A stretch of 60,764 bases of DNA, filler included, from Catajapyx aquilonaris (taxonomy: Eukaryota), in assembly GCA_000934665.2 (NCBI GenBank). It is 2 parts of 2 records of this genome, joined end to end, with 100 filler letters (N's around TTAATTAATTAA, not from the genome) between each part and the next. Parts side by side here need not be neighbours in the genome. Positions count along the whole stretch, not along the records: positions 30,411 to 60,764 come from JYFJ02004660.1; 1 more part is not named here. The stretch is one strand, 5' to 3'. Under the pieces are notes generated by a model. It was given only the letters and a program-made list of their open reading frames with translations. It was not told the origin of the DNA and did not search any database. Positions 51,417 to 60,764 of the stretch are shown here, in pieces; within the stretch, counting starts at the first letter, position 1; each line of letters begins with the position of its first letter. Both the position numbers and the translations under genes were made by a program.

Positions 51417-53166
51417 TTTTCGCCTCAGCCAATTGAATGCAGGTTAAAGGACCACACACCCCTTTCTAGCCTATCGTGAGAGAGTAGGTGATGTCATTTC
51501 CTAGTTACCACATGACATTACATTTTTAGAATGTATTTCGTGGGTTATTTTAAAATATGAGTTCCAGAACACCCATGCCTAGTCCATGTCAGCTGTAACA
51601 ACTCAAACTCTTGCATCATAATTGGTTTGTCCATTAGTACAGAACAGATATGAATACGAGTAATGTTCCATGCTTCTGGCCACAGCGTTTATGGCGTCAC
51701 TCAAGCCGCGCCTCCAACTTCTTCGAAGGGTGCGTTCAGTTATCGATTTCCTGAATAGGTGAGCTAGGGTGACGTCACAAAATCAACAACACGGCCGAAA
51801 TTCGAATGTGTCTTGTGGCCCGTCAATTCACAAACGGCTCCCGACAGCCAGGGCCCCAGGACCCGGAACCAGGACCCCAGGACCCCCAGCACCTCGCCTG
51901 CGCGCCATCGTGCGGGAGGGCCGGGAAGCTCAGAAGAGAGGGGGGGAGGTCAGAGCTGTGTAGCTGCTACTCAGCAGCCGCTACAGCTATTGCGCTATTC
52001 TGCGACTCGTTATCATTGCATTTTCGCCCTAAAATGAAGCGTGACTGACAATACCTCCAGCAGGGTACTGTACGGTACTAAATAAATTCCTGGATAAAAA
52101 TAAGGAGAAAGGGAGTGAAAAGAAAGACACAGAAGAAAAGACGACGAAAAAAAGAGGGGGGGAAAAAGAAGCCTAACGGGGACGCGAACCTGCAGCCTTC
52201 TGATTTATAGGCGAGCGCGCTAACCAATACGCTACAGCAGCCATCGCTGGGATTGCTCCTTCCGATGGGGATTCTTATACTGCGCAGAGGTCAGGCCGCC
52301 GTTAAATGACTTATGACGTGGAGGGGGCGAGCGTGTTGATATTTTCAGTGCTGGAATATTAATTTTCACTGCTTGATGTGGGCAGGGAGTAGGGGTACGA
52401 TGTACTAACCCAACCCAACCTAACTTAACCTTCACTCGTTGCGTATACAGCCCTATCGTCAGCGTATACAGCCCTACGTACGGATATGACTACAACCGTA
52501 TATGATCGCAGTAGCTGCTACGGAGTAGCAGTTATCCGATGGAGTGATCGGATCGGCGATGAACGGAACGGCGCATGCGCTGCCTGTGGGATCTGCGTTA
52601 TTCGCTTCCAGGCGAGGTGCTGGGGGTCCTGGGGTCCTAGCTGTCTAGAAACGTTTTTGTCAATTCCCGTCTTGGCTGTCAGTTCCGCTGGATCTGCGTC
52701 ATACTTGACCTGGGGCACGACCTGGGTCAAAGCCGTGCCTCAGGGTCGCCCATAGCATGCTGGCATCCCATCAGCAGGAACACAATTATATATTTCCTTT
52801 CTCCGTGTTATTTACCAATCTCCCGTGGCAACCAAAACAATGGGCATTTTTAAAACGCACCCCCATTAGGAACATCCCCAGAAGACAAACTTCAAAGTGG
52901 CCAGAAGCATGGAACATTACTCGTATTCATATCTGTTCTGTACTCATGGACAAACCAATTATGATGCAAGAGTTTGAGTTGTTACAGCAGACATTGACTA
53001 AGGCATGGGTGTTCTGAAACTCATATTTTAAAATAACCCACGAAATGCATAATTTCAAAATATAATTTCATGTGGTAACTAGGAAATGACGTCACCGACC
53101 CTCTCCTTGTTGGCTAGCCTGGGAGGTGTGGTCCTCTAACCAGCAATCAATTGGCTGAGGCGAAAA
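51417..53166. mobile_element. Long-TIR element (~265-bp arms at 51417-51683 and 52897-53166) with composite interior
   Basis: Arms are clear reverse complements. Inner IR AGGACCCCAGGACCCCCAGCACCTCGCCTG at about 51871-51900 and 52609-52638. Confidence 0.85.
52170..52242 (-). pseudogene. tRNA-like Pol III module followed by T-runs
   Basis: Reverse strand GGCTGCTGTAGCGTATTGGTTAGCGCGC...GCAGGTTCGCGTCCCC has degenerate A and B boxes. The acceptor stem does not pair, so it is not a true tRNA. Confidence 0.6.
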
Positions 53167-54034
53167 ATGAGAAAAAACGCGATTTTACCCAAGATTAGGC
53201 TTTGGCACACGCGTACTAGGGTTGCATAGGAAAGTTCTACTATTATTCCTTGATTGTAGGGTCTCTAAAGAGCCCATTACGCTACACCTTTTTTTTAAAA
53301 AAAGTCCATACACTGTTCCCCAAAAATTGACGAAAAAGTACCAAAAAACGGAATTTTTTCCATAAAAAGGACCCTGGAAAACCACAGTTTCTATAAAAGA
53401 TTGACTTTAAACACCATAGTGGCTTCAGACTAGACCCAGGTAACACCTAATGCCAGCAAAAACCAAATCCGAAACTTACAGTGGTTTCCAGACCTGGAAA
53501 TAGGCCAAAAAACGTCAATATTTTGAATTTTTCGGATTTTTTGTCACCCTGACCCCCTGCACATTTTGGGATAGAAATCCCGGGCGTTTCCCAGCTACTT
53601 TGGGTCCTACTAACATGATCTACATAGTGATTTCCAAGTAACACGCCGAAAGTTTTTTTTGTTGCGCTGTGTTATAAAACGTTAAAAATATCAGACATTT
53701 ACGAATATTTGGATAAGTTTAAGCCTCATGTGCAGACTGAAACCACCACCTAAAATTGTTTAAAAAAATCATGTCTATATTTCAGGCCTTGTTCAACTAT
53801 TTAGTGACTACCCGGTAGGGTTTTTTTTGTTTCAAGAACTTAAATTTTTTTTGTAAGAATATAAAAAATTTCACAATTTTTCAAACTTTAAGCCAAATGT
53901 GCAGACTCAAGATGACGTTGTAAAAATTAAAGATTTTACAGAATTGTTACTAGGTCTCATACACAGTCATTGAAGGGTACCCGTTTCCGAAAAAAAAATA
54001 TTGACCTTTTCCACTCCACCCTAATATGGATATA

Positions 54035-54456
54035 CAGGGTGTATCTGTACTCAGTACAGAGGCGTATATGACTATGTCCCTAGGCGAGGAGTCATTATGT
54101 CTGGGCCGCCTCACGACTGAGATAATGTATTGACCCACCTGATAGTTAGCGATTTGGCTAAAGAGTGATTTGTAAATAGCAGTGAAAGTGCCAGTGCTCT
54201 TCAAAATTAGCAGCGACATTCAGAACAAATTGAAATTACAAACCACAACACAACGTTTTTGCCAAATCGCTCCTTGTGACTGGGGGAGGGTTCGATGTGT
54301 GGCCTAACCGACAGGATATTTTGTATTACATGTTTGATGGCAATTATCTCATCAGTAATGAGGCAGTCCAGACGTAATGACTCCTCTACATAAATTGATC
54401 CTCTGGTGCCTAGGAAGACAGTCATACGTCCATGTACTGAGTACAGATACACCCTG
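54035..54456. mobile_element. Tc1/mariner-type MITE, TA TSD
   Basis: TA|CAGGGTGTATCTGTACTCAGTACA ... TGTACTGAGTACAGATACACCCTG|TA. Confidence 0.9.
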
Positions 54457-54881
54457 TATAGACAGTTGAATCCGGATAAAGGGACCACGGAAAATGGTAC
54501 GTATGTTATTTATGACTGAAGTATGTTAGCGCTAAATCGCCCCATTTGCAACGAATAGAGTTTTTTTTCATATGCCTACAAGCTACAATGCACAATACTG
54601 CATCCTGATTATAATAAAACTATCCACAAATATGCAAAATAAGTTCATACGAAAATTACACAGGACCCCAAAAAATCAGCAATTTTCTTCTGCAGTCTCC
54701 GTGTTGCCAAATATACCAGAAAATAATGACTTTGACCGTTTCTGCAAGTGTAAAGGAGTTCCGCTTAAACTTTCTGCATGACATCTTGGCGATCTTCGTC
54801 TGAACTGCCTGATTCAGGAATAGGCTCGGGCATAGTGTGCCCAAGCCTGGGAACCGAGGTCAGCCCTGTGACTCGCTGCTA

Positions 54882-55861
54882 CCAGATCTAGGCGCTGAGA
54901 TTCGTTTCTGTTCAATTTGCACGTACTCTGAAGATACGGACAAGATATTTTACAAAATATTAATAACAGCTACACTTACACAATCATGCTGTACACTATG
55001 AATACTGGGCGTCTCAACTTTTTTGTCCGAACAATTATCGGAAATATTGCACTAATAAGCTGCTTATTTTTTAGCAGTGAATTGCAACCAGTGATACAGT
55101 GTTGGGGAATATTCTGGCTATGTCTCTTCTAGCTATGGAGCCAGAATATTCCCCAACATTCCTGGCACATCTCTCAACTGATAAAGCCAGGGAAGCATCA
55201 CTGGTTGCAAGTCACTGCTAAAGAATAAGCAGCTTATTAGTGCAATATTTCCAATAACTGTTCGGACAAAAAATTTGAGACACCCTGTATGTTTGGAACA
55301 ATCTTCCGCTTCCAGAAGTCGCACAATTAATTTCCAAAAGGATCACCGTAACAACTTGAAATTAAATTACTGCCGGCCAACTGTTAGCTGATTTAATTAT
55401 GAAATACATTTAAATATGCGGAATAACAACCTTGAGAATCGTGCTATGACTAACATGCTGAAATCGACGTACTTCGCGAGAATTAAATTACAGTATTATT
55501 AGTACTTACTGCGGCTTGCCTCCCACTTCGGAAGAATCCAAAATTGATTTACTTTCGCAAAGTACGACAGTTTCAGCAGATTCATCATAGCACGATTCTC
55601 AAGGTTGCTGTTCCGTATACTTCAACGTATTTCATAATTAAATCCGCCTAACAGTTAGCGAGTAGTAATTTAATTTCGAGTTGTTACGGCGATCTTTTTG
55701 AAAATTAATTGTGCGACTTCTGGAAGCGGAAAATTGTTCCAAACATATTCATAGTGTACAGCATGAATGTGTAAGTATAGCTGTTATTATTTGTAAAATA
55801 TCATGTCCGCGTCAGAGTACGTGCAAGTTGAACAGAAACGAATCTCAGCGCTTAGATCTGG
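54882..55861. mobile_element. Long fold-back element (CCAGATCT...AGATCTGG, TA-flanked)
   Basis: Arms are inverted copies over about 320 bp once the M1 insertion is removed. Short spacer near 55490-55545. Confidence 0.85.
55005..55287. mobile_element. MITE family M1 inserted into the left arm of a larger fold-back, TA TSD
   Basis: The opposite arm of the host palindrome (about 55741-55762) shows the empty site with a single TA. Confidence 0.92.
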
Positions 55862-56095
55862 TATCCAAGTGGCTAAGACTCCCAAAAACACTGAAGAGAA
55901 CACATAATAATTATGTGCCTCAACCTTGAGGTGCAAAACTTGCGACTAGGAAGCGTAGATCAGTGACAGATGATAATATCACCCAAGCTCCAGTACACAA
56001 ACCCCTTCTTACGCGTGCGAATAAATGACGCAGGATAATCAAAAGCACCATATTTTCCCACCGAGGGACCAAGAGATGTCTTGTATACAGTTTCT

Positions 56096-57105
56096 AAGCA
56101 AAGTAACTTTTCTTACCCTCCTGAATTTTGAATATTTTTATATTTTTTAATTCTGCTTGGCCTATACTCCTAGTGTTGAGAAAACATGACCTCCGCTGCT
56201 AAATTCCCCGTTAGCAGGGTGAAAATCCAGCCTAAAGGCGATGTTCCGTAAGCCACAACACCAGCGTTCGGTCGCGAGTCGCTCGTCCCGGCTGCCCGGT
56301 CGCGGTCGCCTTTCACCGCGTCTGTAGCTCTCTCCGGTGCCACGAAGGAGAAGGGTCATCTCGCACGCTTTGAAGTCGAAGGCGATTATAATAATGGAGA
56401 GCCAGGACAGGGAGGATATACTACGTAAGAGGCGCAAACATTCGATTCGCGCGTCTCTGTTTGGGGGGAAGAGTAGCCAACGAGGTGTTAATAGGGTACA
56501 GGCAGGCCAAAGGTCCGCCATATTTGATGGTTTTGGCTGCTGAATTTGAATATTTTTGCCGTATGAGCTCCTTTAAAGCACTTTTCTGCGTATTAATTCC
56601 GTAAGTACAGCAAAAATATTCAAATTCGCGTGTGTTCTTGCCGTGAAGTGCCATGGCCACCGCCAAAACCATCAAAGATGGCGGACCTTTGGCCTGCCTG
56701 TACCTCGTTGGCTCCTCTTCAAAATGGCCGCCAGCATTGGCCCCAAACAGAGACGCGCGAATCGAATGTTTGCGCCTCTTACGTAGAATATCCTCCCTGT
56801 CCTGGCTCTCCATTATTATAATCGCCTTCGACTTCAAAGCGTGCGAGATGACCCTTCTCCTTCGTGGCACCGGAGAGAGCTACAGACGCGGTGAAAAGCG
56901 ACAGCGACCGGGCAGCCGGGACGAGCGACTCGCGACCGAACGTTGGTGTTGTGGCTTACGGAACATCGCCTTTAGGCTGTATTTTCACCCTGCTAACGTG
57001 GAATTTAGCAGCGGAGGTCATGTTTTCTCAGCACTATATGTAAAGCAGAATTAAAAAATATCAAAAATTCCAAAATTCAGGAGGGTAAGAAAAGTTACTT
57101 TGCTT
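56096..57105. mobile_element. About 1-kb fold-back element F1: P-like MITE core (56408-56799) plus ~310-bp outer inverted arms
   Basis: AAGCAAAGTAACTTTTCTTACCCTC...GAGGGTAAGAAAAGTTACTTTGCTT. The arms give near-identical ORFs on opposite strands in the track. Confidence 0.92.
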
Positions 57106-57753
57106 GTAAGGTGAGGTGAACAATGAGTGTTATAGAGCTATCAGGAGTAAAAATAATAATTACGCCTTATGGAAGTATGCCGGATCCGGCCTTTCGAGTG
57201 TGTTATAACCGAAAGCCTGTTATAGCCGAGGCTGCTATATGCTGATTCCACTGTATTAAATTATTCCATGTTTTAATATAATAATATGAATACAATAATG
57301 TAAATGCGATAACTATTGGCAGTGCAAAATTTTCATTTTAGATGCCATGATTACGTAACCCCTAATAATTGCTGTCTCATGATATAAAAGTGCTACGCAA
57401 CCTAAATTGATATTTTGGTCTTTTAATTGTGATATAAGAAGTGATCACCTTCCTGAAGTAACTCCGGGAGTTACACACTGACCTCCCTGTATATTGTGGT
57501 CTTAGCACTCGGAAGAAGCTGCAAGGGTAGTTTCCGGGCGTATTTCATCGTTATTATAGACACCTTTAGGTTATCCAAATTACATATCCAAGATTTGTGG
57601 GAAAGACGCAACAGGCAAACCGAGATAATTCACCAAAAAAGTTCCCGACATAATGGAATCATTTCACCATTGGCAAACCTGTTGATATTATTATCCCTCT
57701 ATTCAACAAGGCAAGTGCAACAAGGTTACTATTGCCAGATGTAATGATAAGGT

Positions 57754-58112
57754 CAGGGAGCATATTATACTACATAAGAGGCGCAAACATTCGATTTCCG
57801 CGTCTCTCTGTTTGGGCCGTTGCCAAGGCTGGCGGCCATTTTGAAGTGTGGGCAAGTGTGGTATAAATAGGGTACATGCAAAAATAGGGCCCTCCATCTT
57901 TGATTCGCGCGTGTTCTTGCGTGTAGTTGCCATGGCCGCCAAAACCATCAAAGATGGCGGGCCCTATTTTTGCCTGTACCCTCTTTATACCTCGTGGGCG
58001 TTGCCCACACGTCAAAATGGCCGCCAGCCTTGGCAACGGCCCCAAACAGAGAGACGCGGACATCATAGGCGCCAACAGAAGTTTGCGCCTCTTATGTAGT
58101 ATATGCTCCCTG
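57754..58112. mobile_element. Palindromic MITE with 7-bp TSD (ATAAGGT), P-element-like
   Basis: TIR CAGGGAGCATA..CTACATAAGAGGCGCAAAC. ATAAGGT at 57747-57753 and 58113-58119. Superfamily inferred from CA termini and TSD length. Confidence 0.85.
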
Positions 58113-58307
58113 ATAAGGTAGTGACACACAACGTCTCTGCTAATTAATTGGCAAAAGCATAATATAATAAACAATCAGAACACTTGAGGCTGTGTGTATT
58201 TTCAGCCGACGTAAAATGTGTGAGTTCACTCTTTTGGTAGGCTATGCCTAAATAATGTTAGCACGTGAGACAGGTTATCTGCAGGATACCTATTTCGCTT
58301 AGTCTAA

Positions 58308-58489
58308 AGGTGCATTCACATATCCGCGATTGCGACTGCGACCACGACCCCGTGCCCGAGCGACGCGACGTCGCGGGCATGGTGTCGCCCAGCTGCTGGG
58401 GGCACGGTCGCAGCGCTGTTTCGGGCACGGCGTCGTGACAGCGGCAGCGTCGTGGTCGCAGTCGCAATCGCGGATATGTGAATGCACCT
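58308..58489. mobile_element. PIF/Harbinger-type MITE, TAA TSD
   Basis: About 41-bp perfect TIR AGGTGCATTCACATATCCGCGATTGCGACTGCGACCACGAC, flanked by TAA on both sides. Confidence 0.9.
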
Positions 58490-58870
58490 TAATAAGATTA
58501 CACTATGCAAAGAAATTTGACTTTTTTGTCCATGGAAATTCATCGTCATATTCAGACATGTTCCTTAGGTCACAAGTGACTCATAATGGCCATTCATTCT
58601 GTCTTTGATTTGTTTTTGACCTCGGGGGAGTCAAAGTCAAAATCAAAGTCCTCAAATATAGCCGTTTTTTCCCAATCAACCTGGCCTAAATGTTGCTAAA
58701 CCATCTCGGATTTTTCTGAGAATAATCACAGCATGCTGTACACACCTCAGCCAAATTGCGAAATACCGTGGGGAGGGAAAAAATCGCGAAATTTTGATAA
58801 TGCGACCTTTTTTGGATAATTTTTTCGGTTATAGGAAGTGGCCAAAACCCAATCAACATATACATCAAAT

Positions 58871-59143
58871 ACCGAAGCAGTGGTGCGGCGGAGGGGATAT
58901 GGTATCCGACTGCTAATCGGGAGGTCCTGGGTTCGAATCCCGGTGCCGGCAACTCTAACCGTGGTTTTCTGTGGTTTCCCACGGTTCCTCCAGGAGAATT
59001 CCGGAGTTGTTTCCCAAACTAATAGGCCACAGTCGCCTCTTTCCTATCCTATCCCAAAAAGCGCAGTAAAAACGAGACGAAGAGTTCCAGTCAAAACAAA
59101 AAATATCCCCCCTAAAGAGCCGCCGGCTGATAACGGGGTATGA

Positions 59144-59208
<65 letters not shown>
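58871..59208 (+). mobile_element. tRNA-derived SINE, family S1, long (ATT)n tail, inserted in a fold-back arm
   Basis: TSD TATACATCAAAT at 58859-58870 and 59209-59220. Empty site visible in the opposite arm near 60000-60025. Confidence 0.93.
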
Positions 59209-59212
<4 letters not shown>

Positions 59213-59445
59213 CATCAAATGAAAGAGAAACGCCAGTGGAATGCGCATACGGAATTTGATTTTTTGGAAAATGCACTCAGAAAAACATGACATGACATGA
59301 CACATTGTGTCGCATTCCATCGGTCACATGCTCAGTAACATGTCCAAGTGTTTGGACCACAACAATTTATTAGTCATGTATTAGAGTAAGAGCAGCCATA
59401 TTTGGTGACAAGAGTTGTGATCAGCCCACGGACACTACCCCTATC

Positions 59446-59798
59446 TTCTGGGCTTATCACCTGCCGAGGGGTTTTGCAGCGGGTGCTCACCTGAGACCGC
59501 CACGAGACATTTCCCAGAGCATTTATGTGGCGACCCTACCGGACTAAGGCTGAACTTTATAGGTACGAAAGGGGAGGGCTACATTGGGGGGCCCAACATG
59601 GCCGCCGGCGGCCATGTTGGGCCAGCATGTAGAGCGCTTCCCTTTCGTACCTATAAAGTTCAGCCTTAGTCCGGTAGGGTCGCCACATAAATGCTCTGGG
59701 AAATGTCTCGTGGCGGTCTCAGGTGAGCACCCACTGCAAAACCCCTCGGCAGGGGGTGGGTGGGGAGTGACCTAACCTGAGTCTTCTACAACCATGGT
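59446..59798. mobile_element. Spacer-less palindromic element F2, copy 2 (hairpin 59460-59753)
   Basis: Same 34-bp core at 59590-59623. Nested in the spacer of the 58576-60318 fold-back. Confidence 0.9.
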
Positions 59799-60764
59799 TG
59801 TGATGCATACAAGATTCAATATGCTCAGTCAGTTTCAATCCTGGATTATGCATGCCTCTCGAGAAAATAATAGATATGTTTGCCGAATTACCATCAATTT
59901 TAATGGAGCCAAATGAAATGCCATACAGTAAGTTACATGTTTTTCCTAGTGCATTTTCGAGGAAAACAGATTCCATAGGCGCATTCCACTCGAGATTTTC
60001 TTTCATTTGATACATGTTGATTGGGTTTTGACCACTTCCAATAACCGAAAAATATTATTCAAAAAAGGCCCCATTATCAAAATATCGCGAGTTTTTCCCT
60101 CCCCACGGTATTTCGCAATTTGGCAGAAACTTGATATGCAGTGTTACGGCATAGGCGAGTACAGCTGCGATTTCTCTCAGCAAAATCCGAGATGGTATAG
60201 CAACATTCAGGCCCCCTTGATTGGGAAAAACTGCTAGTATATTTGAGGATTTTGATTTTTTGACTGCCCCGAGGTCAAAAACAAATCAAAGACAAAATGA
60301 ATGCTCATTATGAGTTACGAATTATCTCAGGGTGGTTCCATTTCAAATCAGGCCAGATCCAGAAAAGTTGTCAGGACTTGGTCTCCGATTATTACGGAAA
60401 AATTACACGAAGTACCACTGTCGAAATGATGACGAATGACACTGGCTATTTTTCAGTGTCATTTTTTATTTGCCCTGAAAAAAATCATAACTGCAGGGGT
60501 ACCAAATCTGCTATTTCTCCAAGTTCATTTTTTCTCAACTTTGGACGCCTGTACCAATTTTCCTGTTCGTTACAGAGAAACCAAATTTGTAATAGAGCAA
60601 CTGCCTACCTAGGTCTGCATTTTCGATATAAAATCATTGCGAATGTATAATTAGCAACCGCGCAAAAAATTGGCAAAAATGCTGTTTTACGACATTTTAG
60701 CAGTTTTCGCGAATTTTTTTCTTTGCAGAAAAAATATTTGTGGGCAAATGAAACACGTAGACTT

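Larger units (their letters stand above)
58576..60318. mobile_element. Long fold-back element hosting SINE S1 and palindrome F2
   Basis: Left arm 58576-58870 plus 59221-59290 is the reverse complement of about 59933-60318. True termini may lie further out. Confidence 0.85.

Noticed and set aside
56162..57054. Duplicated ORFs on both strands (MPRRRRVISHALK... and similar)
   Set aside because: By-product of the palindrome's symmetry, with no protein features.
58955..59320. Poly-Asn ORF
   Set aside because: It is the translation of the SINE (ATT)n tail.

Overview
Eukaryotic, most likely arthropod (crustacean/insect-like) genomic DNA. It is two pieces joined by an artificial 100-bp spacer (N44-TTAATTAATTAA-N44 at 30311-30410). 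The left piece (1-30310) has no recognisable host gene. It is a dense mosaic of decayed, nested transposon fragments: CACTA/EnSpm ORF1 and ORF2, two copies of an intron-containing Tc1, a mariner HTH, a probable Academ, two Helitron pieces, a Transib and an R1-type LINE, plus many short direct duplications. Almost all recognisable fragments lie on the + strand, which resembles a uni-strand piRNA cluster (inference). The right piece (30411-60764) holds three splice-compatible minus-strand exons of a Sidestep/nephrin-like Ig gene. Its introns are packed with tRNA-derived SINEs carrying clear TSDs, MITEs, and many long fold-back palindromes, some showing arm-to-arm homogenisation and nested growth. 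Most short ORFs in the supplied track are spurious. All family assignments come from motifs recognised by eye, and edges of decayed elements are approximate.
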